Notes: a model not told the origin generated them from the letters alone. A stretch of DNA of 64,000 bases from an uncultured Microthrixaceae bacterium (GCA_963795165.1 CAWCGT010000002.1:269000-332999), one strand, 5' to 3'. Positions 1 to 9,400 are shown, counted from the stretch's first letter. Made by a program: numbers and translations.

Positions 1-529
1 CGGCGAGGCCCACCCCGCCGATCGTGGACAGCACACCACCGCTGGCGAAGAGGAAGCCCAGGCCCACGACGAGGAGGGCCCCGCCACCAACGGCCCGCAG
101 GAGCAGCCCGTGCGTGCGGTCCCCCTCATCGGTGCGGGCCCACGCCAGCCCGAAGCCCACAGCGGCGAGGGCCACAGACCACACGATCCCCGACGGCAGC
201 AGCAGGCCGGCTCGGGCGAACAGGAGCACGGCGCCCAGCGTGAGCAGGGCCAGGCCGGCGGTGCGGTCGAGCGTCCTCGGTCGGCCGGCCGGCGGCGCCA
301 CCCCGGCGGGCTCGTCGGGCAGCAGAGCCCAGCCGGCGAGGTAGGCGAGCGCCCCGAAGCCGTTGGCGAAGGCCAGCACCACGAAGGCCAGGCGCACGGC
401 GACGGGGTCGACCCCCAGGTGCCGCCCCAGTCCCCCGGCCACCCCGGCCAGCACGCGGCCCTCCCCTGCCCGCACGAGGCCCTCGGGGATGCGCAGGGAG
501 CGGTCGTCGGGTCGCGCGCTGGTGGCCAT
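1..529 (-). CDS. PspC domain-containing membrane protein, N-terminal part; the gene runs off the window start (possibly a PspC-type sensor kinase)
   Basis: Absent from the ORF track because it has no in-window stop. Reverse translation from ATG 529-527 gives MATSARPDDRSLRIPEGLVRAGEGRVLAGVAGGLGRHLGVDPVAVRLAFVVLAFANGFGALAYLAGWALLPDE..., a PspC motif followed by hydrophobic helices. It is divergent from the PspC gene at 547. Confidence 0.6.
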   Translation of the reverse strand, partial: MATSARPDDRSLRIPEGLVRAGEGRVLAGVAGGLGRHLGVDPVAVRLAFVVLAFANGFGALAYLAGWALLPDEPAGVAPPAGRPRTLDRTAGLALLTLGAVLLFARAGLLLPSGIVWSVALAAVGFGLAWARTDEGDRTHGLLLRAVGGGALLVVGLGFLFASGGVLSTIGGVGLA

Positions 530-546
530 GGCCCCACGATGTTCGC

Positions 547-1965
547 ATGACAACGCTCGCCGCGGCATCGGGACGTCCACCGGGGAGCCGGGCACCGCCC
601 CGGCCGCCGTCAGGGTCATCCCCGATTGCTGCCCCGCCCCGTGGCGTCGATGCTGGCCCCATGGACAGCCTCCCCGCCTCGGACGCCGCGCCCGGGATCT
701 CACCACCGCCGCCCCCCGGCCGCTCGGCCGGGCCCCGACGACTGCGCCGTCTCCCCGACGACGGGCCGGTCGCGGGCGTCTGCGCCGGGGTGGCCGAGTA
801 CTTCGACGTGGACCCGGTGCTCGTCCGGATCGCCACCGTGGTGCTCTTCTTCAGCGGACCGGGGTTCTTCGCCTACGTCCTGGCCTGGATCTTCGTGCCA
901 GCGGCCGAGGGCCCAGCCGGTCACGGTGCGCCGACGACGGGCTTCGGTCGCCGCGACCGAGGCACCCAGATCCTGGGCATCCTGCTGCTGGGCCTGGGCC
1001 TAGCCGTCATCTCGGGCGACTGGTGGGGACGCCCTCGAGGCTGGCTGGGCCCGGTGGGGCTCATGGCCCTCGGGGGGTGGCTGCTCCTCCGACCAAGCCA
1101 GGATGCCGACGCTGCCCAGCCGACGCCGGCCGGCCCGGAGCCCAGCCCGGATCCCACGTGGGCTGCGGCGCCGCACGCTGCCTCCGGGACGGCCGAGGCC
1201 GCTGTGGTCGACCCCACCACGCCTCTGCCGCTGGATGGCAGAGCGGATGGTGACGACTCCAGTGGTCCACCGCCACCATGGGCCCAAGACACCTGGATGG
1301 GCCCACCCGAGCCACCCACCCTGCCCCCTCGGCGGCGCCAAGGGATCGGGGCCGCGGTGTTCGGGGCGCTCCTGCTGTGGACGGGCGTGGCCTGGCTGGT
1401 GGGCGCCGGATTGGAGACGGGCCTGGCCGGCGCCTTGCTCATCCTTGGCGGCGGCTTCGTGGTGGGGGCCTTCGTCGGCAGCACACGGGTGCTGATCCTC
1501 CCCGCCCTGGCGGTCGCCGGCGCACTGGCCCTCACCACGGCCGTCGACGTCCCCCTCGCCGGGCCGGTGGGCGCCCAGCGCTGGGAACCTCGCCGGATCG
1601 ACGAGGTGGCGGACCGCTACGAGGTGAGCATCGGGGAGGGCACGCTGGACCTGGGCGGGATCGTGGTCCCGGCCGGCGACGAGCTGGTGGTGGAGGTATC
1701 CGTCGGCCTGGGCCACCTGGTGGTCGTCGTCCCGGAGGGCCTGGCCGTGGAGGTGACGTCGCGCGTGGGAGCCGGGGAGATCGACGTGTTCGGCAAGCGC
1801 CAGGACGGTGTGGGTGTCTCGTCGGAGCACCAGGACGGGACCTCGCGCGGGACGCTCGTGCTCGACCTGCACGTGGGGATGGGCCGGATCGACGTGGATC
1901 GGGCCACCGCGACCGCCGTACCCGACGTCCCCGAGCTCCCCACCACCAACACGACGCTCGGGTGA
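547..1965 (+). CDS. PspC domain protein with multi-TM middle and LiaF-like beta-rich C-terminal domain
   Basis: PspC motif: PVAGVCAGVAEYFDVDPVLVRIATVVLFFSGPGFFAYVLAWIFVP. This is followed by several TM helices. The tail VEVSVGLGHLVVVVPEGLAVEVTSRVGAGEIDVFG resembles LiaF/cell-wall-stress tails. The true start may be the ATG at 661. Confidence 0.75.
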   Translation: MTTLAAASGRPPGSRAPPRPPSGSSPIAAPPRGVDAGPMDSLPASDAAPGISPPPPPGRSAGPRRLRRLPDDGPVAGVCAGVAEYFDVDPVLVRIATVVLFFSGPGFFAYVLAWIFVPAAEGPAGHGAPTTGFGRRDRGTQILGILLLGLGLAVISGDWWGRPRGWLGPVGLMALGGWLLLRPSQDADAAQPTPAGPEPSPDPTWAAAPHAASGTAEAAVVDPTTPLPLDGRADGDDSSGPPPPWAQDTWMGPPEPPTLPPRRRQGIGAAVFGALLLWTGVAWLVGAGLETGLAGALLILGGGFVVGAFVGSTRVLILPALAVAGALALTTAVDVPLAGPVGAQRWEPRRIDEVADRYEVSIGEGTLDLGGIVVPAGDELVVEVSVGLGHLVVVVPEGLAVEVTSRVGAGEIDVFGKRQDGVGVSSEHQDGTSRGTLVLDLHVGMGRIDVDRATATAVPDVPELPTTNTTLG

Positions 1966-1969
1966 GCGC

Positions 1970-2827
1970 CTAGGCCAGCACCGCCCGCGCCACCAGGTCC
2001 GTCCCGAAGGCGGTGAGGATGGCCAGGTACAGGAGCCCGGTGGCTGCCATCACCGCGCTGTACTGCCGCTCCTTGAGAGCGGCGCGGGTCACCGCCACCA
2101 ACACGATGGTGCTGACCGCGCAGGCGATCCACATCCACCCGAGGATGCCGTTGTACCCGTCGTCGATGTCGCCGGTGATGACCGACACCATGCCGGTGGG
2201 CCACAGCAGGGCGGCCACCTCGAAGGGCCACACGACCGCCACCCAACGCACCAGCTCGAGGAGCGGTCCGCGAGGCATGCCCGGCTGCACCAGGTACCAG
2301 TGGCCGAGGAGCATGGCGTCGGTGACGGCGCCGAGGAAGGCCGCGCCCACCAGGGTGCGGGCCACCGACAGCACGGCGGGATCGCCCGCCGCCGACCCCG
2401 GCCGCCACCAGACCCAGGAGCCCGACGACAGGGGCCAGCAGGTCGAGCGCCGGGGGGAACTCGGGCCGCCTCGCGCGTCGACGGCGTCACGGCGGCGGTC
2501 GATGCCGGTCATGGCGGCCACTCGCGCCGTGGAGGCATCCACCCGATCGCGCTCGGCTCGGACCCCGGTCCGGCGGCGGGCCACGGACACGACGAGCGCC
2601 CCGAGCGAGGCGACCACCACCGCGGCGCTGGCGACGTCGCGCAGGGGCACGGCGTCGCCGTAGCGGAGGCCGGTCACCAGGGCGCCCACGGCCATCAGGA
2701 GGTAGGTGCCACGGAGGAGCCAGCCGTAGCCGAGGCTGACCTCCCGCCGGCGGGTCGTCACCCAGAGGAAGGCCAGGCCGCCGACCGCCCACTGGAGCAG
2801 CACCGTGGCGGCATCGAGGCGGATCAT
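1970..2827 (-). pseudogene. Integral membrane protein of unknown function (frame locally disrupted around 2400-2470)
   Basis: The 285-aa ORF has TM-rich ends ([23 protein letters not shown]...; ...GHWYLVQPGMPRGPLLELVRWVAVVWPFEVAALLWP...). Its middle segment reads as junk, while another frame there gives a plausible helix FPPALDLLAPVVGLLGLVAAGVGGG. Confidence 0.45.
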
Positions 2828-2872
2828 GGCCCGCCGAGCGTAGGGGCGGGTCCGGGGGGCGGCGAAGTCGCC

Positions 2873-3980
2873 CTACAGCAGCGCCAGGTCGTGGTCGGCC
2901 CGGTTGAGGGGATCGGGGCCGGCGCCGTCCGCCACCACGATGTCCTCCAGGCGAAAGCCGAAGCGGCCCGTGCACGTAGATGCCCGGCTCGATGGAGAAG
3001 GCGTGGCCGGGCTCGAGCAGGGTGCCGTTGCCAGCCACGATGTACGGGTCCTCGTGCTCCTCGATGCCGATGCCGTGGCCGGTGCGGTGGATGAACTGCT
3101 CGCCCCAGCCCGGCGTCGGTGATGATCGTGCGGGCGGTGGCGTCGACGGCCTCGCAGGAGGTGCCGACCACGGCGGCGGCGACGGCGGCCTGCTGTGCGT
3201 CGAGCAGCACGGCGTAGGCCTCGGCCAGCTCCTCGGCCGGCTCGCCGAGGTGGACGCAGCGGGTGATGTCGGAGCAGTAGCCGATCCCGTCGTCGCCGAG
3301 CATCGTGCCGCCGAAGTCGCAGAGCACCACCTCGCCCTCCTGGATGACCCGGTCGCCCGGCTCGTGGTGGGGGCTGGCCGCGTTGGCGCCGGCGGCCACG
3401 ATGGCGAAGTTCACCCGCTGGTGGCCCTCGGCGAGGAGGCGCCGGCCCAGCTCGGCCGACACCTCCGCCTCGGTGCGCCCCACCAGCGTCGATGTCGCCG
3501 GCCTGCAGCTCGGCCGCCACCCGGTCGGCCGCCGCGCCGGCGGCCGCGCAGGGCGGCGATCTCGGCCTCGTCCTTGCGGGCCCGCAGCGGCCCCATGACC
3601 TCGCCGCCGCGGGTGAACCGGGCACCGGGGAGCGCGTCGCTGGAGGTCGACGAGGAACCGGGCCCAGGTGCGGTCACCGATCGCCAGGCAGCCAGCCGTC
3701 GCCGGCCAGCCCCGCCACGATGGCCACGGGATCGTCGGTCTCGTCCCATGGCCGGAGCGAGAACACCTCGGGACGATCGACCACCCGCGGCGCCTCCAGA
3801 CGGGGCACCACCAGGGTGGCGTCGCCCTCGCTGCGGCAGCACCAGCATGGTCAGCCGCTCGAGCGGCATGGCCTCGTAGCCGGTGAGGTAGGGCAGGTCC
3901 GGCCCCACCGACAGCAGCAGGGCGTCGACGCCGAGCTCGGCCATGCGGGTGCGCACCCTGGCGGCGCGGTCGGCGAACAT
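2873..3980 (-). pseudogene. Xaa-Pro aminopeptidase/dipeptidase, peptidase family M24 (frame-disrupted as sequenced)
   Basis: The N-terminal creatinase-like part is in ORF 3411..3980 (MFADRAARVRTRMAELGVDALLLSVGPDLPYLTGYEAMPLERL). The catalytic core is in ORF 2824..4086 ([36 protein letters not shown]...GYCSDITR). The C-terminus is split over ORFs 2487..3038 and 2873..3625 ([22 protein letters not shown] / [21 protein letters not shown]). Confidence 0.8.
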
Positions 3981-3989
3981 GGGCCGACG

Positions 3990-4535
3990 CTACCGGCGGT
4001 CCAGGGCAGGGAGGCCGTCGATGCTGGTGACGTTCTTGTCGGCCCAGTACTCGTGCAGGCCGTCCTCCCCCTTCCGGGCGGCCCACTCCTGGAGGGTGGG
4101 ACGCTCCTCCCGGTAGTCCATGAACGGGATGGAGTAGCCGCAGGACGTCTGCACGCGATCCAGGCCGACGACGACGATCGATCGACCCCCCAGGAGCTCG
4201 GGGAACTGCGGGCGGAGCGATTCGTACGCCTCGCTGCCAGCGGGGTGAGCGGTGCCCGACCCGAACAACCGAAGGATGAGCGGCGGTCCCTCGAAGGCGC
4301 AGAGCATCAGCGTGATGCGGCCGTTCTGCCTTGTGTGGGCGATGGTCTCAGCGCCGCTGCCCGTGAGGTCGAGGTAGGCGATGGTGCGGGGGTCGAGCAC
4401 CCGAAGGCAGTCATGGCCTTTGGGTGACAGGTTCACGTGCCCGCCCTCGTCAGGTGCCGTGGCGACGAAGAACACGTGCTGCTGGCCAAGCCACGAGGTG
4501 AGCGTGTCGTCGAGCTGCTCCAAGACCTTGCCCAT
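3990..4535 (-). CDS. Pyridoxamine 5'-phosphate oxidase (PPOX)-family protein
   Basis: Intact 181-aa ORF: QHVFFVATAPDEGGHVNLSPKGHDCLRVLDPRTIAYLDLTGSGAETIAHTRQNGRITLMLCAFEGPP, a typical PPOX split-barrel family pattern. Confidence 0.75.
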   Translation of the reverse strand: MGKVLEQLDDTLTSWLGQQHVFFVATAPDEGGHVNLSPKGHDCLRVLDPRTIAYLDLTGSGAETIAHTRQNGRITLMLCAFEGPPLILRLFGSGTAHPAGSEAYESLRPQFPELLGGRSIVVVGLDRVQTSCGYSIPFMDYREERPTLQEWAARKGEDGLHEYWADKNVTSIDGLPALDRR

Positions 4536-4570
4536 CCGCTCAGTCTGCCCCCACCCGGCCGCGGCGGGGT

Positions 4571-6328
4571 TCAGGGGACGGGAACGGCGACCGGAGCAGC
4601 AGCGTCGGCCGCTTGGCGGGCGTGGTAGCTGGCCCGAACCAGCGGGCCGGCCTCCACGTGCCCGATGCCCAACGCCTCGCCGGCGGCCTTGAGGGCGGTG
4701 AGCTCATCGGGGGTCCACCAACGAGCCACGGGCAGGTGGTCCGCCGTCGGGCGCAGGTACTGGCCGACGGTGACGATGTCGACACCGATGGCGGCCAGGT
4801 CGACCAGGGCCTGGTGCATCTCGTCGGTGGTCTCCCCCAAGCCGGCGATGAGCGACGACTTTGTGGTGAGACCGGCGGCCTTGGCCCGGGCCAGCACCGC
4901 CAGCGATCGGGCGTAGGAGGCCGACGGTCGCACCGCTCGCTGCAGCCGGGCCACGGTCTCCAGGTTGTGGTTCAGGACGTCGGGGCGCTGATCGAAGATC
5001 ACCGCCAGCGCCTCGGGGTCGCCCTTGCAGTCGGGGATCAGCACCTCCACCGGCACCCCGGGCGTGCGGGCCCGGATGGCCTGGATGACGGCGGCGAACA
5101 TGGCCGCGCCACCGTCGGGCAGATCGTCGCGCGCCACTGCGGTCACCACGGCGAAGCGCAGGCCCATCCGCTCCACAGCCTCCGCCACCCGCTCGGGCTC
5201 CACGGGGTCGATGGGCAGCGGGTGACGGGTGTCCACCATGCAGAAGCCGCACGCCCGCGTGCACCGCTCCCCGTTGATCATGAAGGTGGCCGTGCCGTCG
5301 CTCCAGCACTCCGACAGGTTCGGACAGCCGGCCTCCTCGCACACGGTGACGAGATCGAGGTCGCGCATCGTCTTCCGGAGGGCGGTCACCTCGGGGGTGA
5401 GGCGCAGCGGCGCCCGCATCCACGCCGGCTTCCGGCTGCTGATCTCCAGCCCCTCCGTCACCCCCGCCTCCGCCAGCCGCCCTGCTCGCCGGGCCGTGGT
5501 CTGCCCCCGCACCACCACGTCTTGTGTCGTTTCGTCCTGGTCTCGGGAACGGCCCGACACAAGACCATGGGGCGCCGTGGGGCCGACCTCGCCGCGACTG
5601 AAGGGCGACAGGTCCTCGGGGACGTGACGCCAGACGACGTCGGCGCGGTCGTGGCCGGCCTGCCCCCACCGCTCGGCGGCGCGGGCGGCGACGGCGTCGA
5701 CCACCTGGCGCATCGAGGCGTCGATCCCCTCGGCCACCAGCGAGGTGACGCCCTTGTCGGCGATGCCGCAGGGAACGATGTGGCCGAACATCGCCATGTC
5801 GGGGTCGACGTTGAGGGCGAAGCCGTGCATCGACCGGCTCCGGGACAGCTTCACCCCGACGGCGCAGATCTTGCGGGGGGCGTCCGAGTGGGGAGCCACC
5901 CACACGCCGGGAAGGCCGCTGAGCCGTCCCACGTCCGAGAGGCCGAGGTCGGCCAGCGCGTCGATCACCAGCTGCTCCACCGAGCACACGTAGGCGGTGG
6001 TGTCGGCCAGGCCACCACCACGCCTTCCCGGCACGGTGAGGATCGGGTAGCCCACCAGCTGACCGGGCCCGTGGAAGGTGACGTCGCCGCCGCGATCGGT
6101 GCGCTCCAGGTCGGCTCCCACCTCGGCAGGGGGCCGCAAGAGGTGGCCGAGATCACCCCGCACGCCGAGCGTGTACACGGGCGGGTGCTCGAGGAGCAGC
6201 AGGTGGTTCGACGAGCCGGCGAACAGCCCCGTCTGCACCGCGTGGGCGTCCCGATAGGCCACCCGCCCCAGCCAGCGGATGTGCAGCGGGCCGCCCGGCA
6301 CGGCCGTCGTCGCACAGGCGTCCGTCAC
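4571..6328 (-). CDS. lipB-lipA: Continuous ORF encoding LipB (octanoyltransferase) followed in frame by LipA (lipoyl synthase)
   Basis: ORF 4571..6508. LipB part: LLLLEHPPVYTLGVRGD...RGGDVTFHGPGQLVGYPIL...KICAVGVKLSRSRSMHGFALNV. LipA part: RKPAWMRAPL...VCEEAGCPNLSECW...FMINGERCTRACGFCMVDT (radical-SAM CxxxCxxC)...LNHNLETV. No in-frame stop separates the two. The likely lipB start is GTG 6328. A GTG triplet at 5518-5510 could be an internal lipA start. Confidence 0.85.
   Translation of the reverse strand: MTDACATTAVPGGPLHIRWLGRVAYRDAHAVQTGLFAGSSNHLLLLEHPPVYTLGVRGDLGHLLRPPAEVGADLERTDRGGDVTFHGPGQLVGYPILTVPGRRGGGLADTTAYVCSVEQLVIDALADLGLSDVGRLSGLPGVWVAPHSDAPRKICAVGVKLSRSRSMHGFALNVDPDMAMFGHIVPCGIADKGVTSLVAEGIDASMRQVVDAVAARAAERWGQAGHDRADVVWRHVPEDLSPFSRGEVGPTAPHGLVSGRSRDQDETTQDVVVRGQTTARRAGRLAEAGVTEGLEISSRKPAWMRAPLRLTPEVTALRKTMRDLDLVTVCEEAGCPNLSECWSDGTATFMINGERCTRACGFCMVDTRHPLPIDPVEPERVAEAVERMGLRFAVVTAVARDDLPDGGAAMFAAVIQAIRARTPGVPVEVLIPDCKGDPEALAVIFDQRPDVLNHNLETVARLQRAVRPSASYARSLAVLARAKAAGLTTKSSLIAGLGETTDEMHQALVDLAAIGVDIVTVGQYLRPTADHLPVARWWTPDELTALKAAGEALGIGHVEAGPLVRASYHARQAADAAAPVAVPVP
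5519..5565 (-). repeat. Perfect 11-bp inverted repeat (gtcttgtgtcg / cgacacaagac, 25-nt loop) in the LipB-LipA linker
   Basis: Arms are at 5519-5529 and 5555-5565. The region is locally AT-richer than its surroundings. On the coding strand it lies immediately 5' of the GTG GTG GTG at 5518-5510. Confidence 0.8.
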
Positions 6329-6353
6329 CCCGCCCACGCTACCGGCGTGCCCC

Positions 6354-6381
6354 CTCCCCGCTCCCCGCTCCCCGCTCCCCA
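6354..6381. repeat. Tandem heptamer (ctccccg) x4; a G-run-rich block on the minus strand just upstream of lipB
   Basis: ctccccg ctccccg ctccccg ctcccca read directly at 6354-6381, embedded in a C-rich tract 6337-6392. Confidence 0.85.
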
Positions 6382-6388
6382 CCCCCCA

Positions 6389-6518
6389 CCACCAGCCTGC
6401 GACGTTCTGCAACCGTTTCGGGCGCGAACTGTCGCACGTTGGAGGGGTGGCCGGGTCTCCCACCAGCCGGCGACGTTTTGCGACCGTTTCGGGCGCGGAC
6501 TGTCGCAAGTTGCAGGGG
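6389..6518. repeat. Two direct copies of a 59-bp element (6389-6447 and 6460-6518), each able to fold as an extended hairpin
   Basis: ccaccagcctgcgacgttctgcaaccgtttcgggcgcgaactgtcgcacgttggagggg versus ccaccagccggcgacgttttgcgaccgtttcgggcgcggactgtcgcaagttgcagggg. By my count 53/59 positions are identical. Internal arms are gcgacgtt..aactgtcgc. Confidence 0.8.
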
Positions 6519-6572
6519 GCTGGGTCGGGCGGTGGGCTGGGGTCGGGCCGGTGGGGCTGGGGGCGGGACGGG
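6516..6572. repeat. G-rich imperfect ~18-nt tandem repeat (x3) immediately downstream of the E2 stop codon
   Basis: gggctgggtcgggcggt / gggctggggtcgggccggt / ggggctgggggcgggacgg read directly. It abuts the cta (stop, minus strand) at 6575-6577. Confidence 0.7.
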
Positions 6573-6574
6573 GG

Positions 6575-7920
6575 CTAGAGCTCGGCGGACCAGTCTCGGG
6601 TCTCGAGGAGCTCCTTGACCTTGTGGAGGAAGGCGGCGGCGTAGGCGCCGTCGAAGGCCCGGTGGTCCCAGGAGAGGGCCAGGTTCCCGACGGAGTGGAT
6701 GGCGATGCTCTCGGTGCCGTCGGGGAGCTCGACCACCACCGGCTTCCGCCGCACGCCGTCGGTGCTCAAGATGGCGACCTGGGGCTGGTTGATGATCGGC
6801 ATGGTCAGGAACGTGCCGTAAGGCCCGGGGTTGGTGATGGTGAAGGTGCCGTCGGAGATGTCGTCGGGCGTGAGCTTCTTGGAGCGGGCCCGGCCGGCCA
6901 GATCGCTGACGTCGCGGGCGATGGCGCGCATCCGCTTGCCATCGGCGTCGCGGATGACGGGCACCATGAGCCCCTTGAAGTCGAGATCCACGGCGATCCC
7001 GAGGTTGAGGTAGTTGTGGACCACCAGCGCCTCCTCGGTGAAGGTGGCGTTCACCTCGGGAAACTCGTGGATGGCGTCGATCACGGCCCGGGAGATGAAC
7101 GGCAGGTAGGTGAGGCCGAAGCCCTCCTCCGCCCGCCAGGCGTCCTTGTGGGCTCGGCGCACCCGCTCCACGCCCTCGTAGTCGACCTCGATCGAGGCGT
7201 AGACGTGAGCTGAGGTGTCGAGGGAGCGACGGAGGTGCTCGGCGCTGCGCCGACGGATGTTGCTGTGGGGGATGACGGTGTCGCGCTCGCCGGAGCGGGC
7301 CAGCGGCTCAGGCGTGGGTCGAGGCGACGAGGGAGCGGGCGACGACGCTGCCGGAGCCGCTGCAGGGGCGTTCGGGCCGGACCCGCCACCGGAGTCGGCG
7401 GCTGCGAGGACGTCGTTTCGGGTGATGCGGCCACCAACACCGGAGCCCTCGATGGCGTCGGGGTCGAGGCCGTGCTCGTTGATGAGACGGCGCACCACGG
7501 GAGACAGCAGCCGACCGCCGCCACTGCGGGGCGCCGCCTTCGCGGCGGGGGCCGGGGCCTCCTGGGACGCCGGCGCCGGCTCGGCGGGCGGCTCGGCTCC
7601 GGCTTCGGCGCCGGCGCCTCCGGCTCCGTCGCAGGTTCCTCGGCGGCTGGCTCCTCGGCCGGTGCCTCGGGCGCGGGGGCATCGCTGGCGTCGCCAATCA
7701 CCGCCAGCACCACGCCGACGTCGACGGTGTCGCCCTCCGCGACCTTGATCTCCACCAGCGTGCCGCTGGTGGGAGAGGGCACCTCGGAGTCGACCTTGTC
7801 GGTGGACACCTCGAAGAGCGGTTCGTCCTCCGCCACGGTGTCGCCCACTGCCTTGAACCACTTGGTGATGGTTCCTTCGGTGACGGTCTCCCCGAGCTGG
7901 GGCATGGTGATGTCGGCCAT
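6575..7920 (-). pseudogene. sucB: Dihydrolipoamide acyltransferase, E2 component of a 2-oxoacid dehydrogenase complex (one frameshift in the Ala/Pro linker, ~7600)
   Basis: The lipoyl domain is in ORF 7081..7920 ([29 protein letters not shown]...[14 protein letters not shown]). The E3-binding and catalytic domains are in ORF 6575..8089 ([33 protein letters not shown]; ...SWDHRAFDGAYAAAFL). Confidence 0.85.
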
Positions 7921-7935
7921 CGTGCCTTCCTGGCG

Positions 7936-9342
7936 CTATCCGTGGAGGGGACGCCCGGTGAGGCTGATCATGGCCTCGCCGAGCACCTCGGTCATGGTGG
8001 GGTGGGGCTGGATGAGCGAGGCCATGTCGGTGACGGTGGCCTCCCAGTTGACGGCCAGGTACGCCTGGCCCAGCTGCTCGGTGACCCACGGGCCCACCAT
8101 GTGGACCCCGAGGATCCGCCCGGCTCGCCCGTCGGGACCCTTCTCGGCGATCACCTTCACCATGCCCTCGGGCTGGTTGACGATCATGGCGCGGCCGTTG
8201 TGGTTGAACCGGCTCTTCTGGGTGACCACATCGAGACCGGCCTCCTTGGCCGCCTCCTCGGAGAGACCGGTGAAGGCCGCCTCAGGACGGCTGTAGACGC
8301 ACCAGGGCACCTTGTCGTAGTCGACCGGCGCCGGGTCCTCGCCGAGGATGTCCTGGATGGCGATCACGCCCTCGATGAAGGCGATGTGGGCCAGCGCCGG
8401 GGTGGCGATGGCGTCGCCGACCGCCCACACGCCCGCCTCGCCGGTGCGGCAGCCCTCGTCGACCTCGATGAATCCACGGTCGTCGATGCCGACGCCAGTG
8501 CCCTCCAGGCCGAGATCGTCGGTGCTGGGCCGACGCCCCACCGACACCACCACCACGTCGACGTCGAGGCCGTCGCCACCGGCTTGCACCGTGGTGCCGC
8601 CGCCGGAGGGCGTGTGGCCCTCCACCTTCACGCCGGTGCGGACCTCGATCCCCCGGCCCTTGAAGGACTTCTCGATCACCTTGGTGAGGTCGTTGTCCAA
8701 CCCGGGCAGGATCTTCGGGAGCGCCTCGAGGATGGTGACCTGGGTGCCGAGGTCGGCCAGCATCGACGCGAACTCGCAGCCGATGACCCCGCCCCCGATG
8801 ATGGCGGCTCGCTTGGGGAGCTCTGGGATCGAGAGGAGCTCGTCGGAGGTCATCACGATGGTGCCGTCGACGTCGAAGCCGGGCAGGGTGCGGGGAATCG
8901 ACCCTGGCGCCAGGACGACGGCGTCTCCCGTGAGCTCGACCTCGCCCGACGCTCCCCCGGTGACGGTGACGCGCTTGTCGGCGTGGAGCCGACCGTGGCC
9001 GTCGAGCACGGTGACCTTGCGGCTCTTGAGCAGCGACCCCAGGCCGCTGACCAGCCCCGACACGATCGTGTCCTTGCGGCCCAGCGAGACGCCCCAGTCG
9101 ATGGAGGCCTCGCCCGCCTGGATGCCGTAGTCGGCCGCCTCGTTCACGTGCAGGTAGGTGGCGGCGGTCTCCAGCAGCTCCTTGGCCGGGATGCAGCCGA
9201 CGTTCAGGCAGGTGCCGCCCAGCTTGCCCTTCTCGATCATGGCGATGTTGAGGCCGGCGGAGGCGCCGTAGAGGGCCGTGGCGTAGCCGCCGGGACCGCC
9301 GCCGATGATGACGACGTCGTAGTGCTCGGCCGTGGGGACCAC
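7936..9342 (-). CDS. lpdA: Dihydrolipoyl dehydrogenase (E3)
   Basis: HYDVVIIGGGPGGYATALYGA...GGTCLNVGCIPAK (redox-active disulfide)...AAIIGGGVIGCEF...HPTMTE. The start was chosen at GTG 9342. The upstream extension of ORF 7936..9825 overlaps the transglutaminase gene and reads as junk. Confidence 0.9.
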   Translation of the reverse strand: MVPTAEHYDVVIIGGGPGGYATALYGASAGLNIAMIEKGKLGGTCLNVGCIPAKELLETAATYLHVNEAADYGIQAGEASIDWGVSLGRKDTIVSGLVSGLGSLLKSRKVTVLDGHGRLHADKRVTVTGGASGEVELTGDAVVLAPGSIPRTLPGFDVDGTIVMTSDELLSIPELPKRAAIIGGGVIGCEFASMLADLGTQVTILEALPKILPGLDNDLTKVIEKSFKGRGIEVRTGVKVEGHTPSGGGTTVQAGGDGLDVDVVVVSVGRRPSTDDLGLEGTGVGIDDRGFIEVDEGCRTGEAGVWAVGDAIATPALAHIAFIEGVIAIQDILGEDPAPVDYDKVPWCVYSRPEAAFTGLSEEAAKEAGLDVVTQKSRFNHNGRAMIVNQPEGMVKVIAEKGPDGRAGRILGVHMVGPWVTEQLGQAYLAVNWEATVTDMASLIQPHPTMTEVLGEAMISLTGRPLHG

Positions 9343-9400
9343 CTCCGAGGGTGAGGGCCGTGGTGCGGGCGCTTCGGACTCTACCGGCCGAGAACGGCGG

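Noticed and set aside
6389-6518. Possible CRISPR array or other defence-type repeat locus
   Set aside because: There are only two repeat copies, separated by a 12-nt gap. There is no spacer-like unique sequence of CRISPR size and no cas genes anywhere in the window.
4613-7213. Long antisense or alternative-frame ORFs (e.g. 4613..7213+, 126..836-, 18629..20755+, 38088..40001-, 56429..58867+) as possible overlapping genes
   Set aside because: They lie opposite or out of frame to strongly conserved genes. They encode Arg/Gly/Pro/Ala-rich low-complexity sequence, and such ORFs are expected at >70% G+C, where stop codons are rare.
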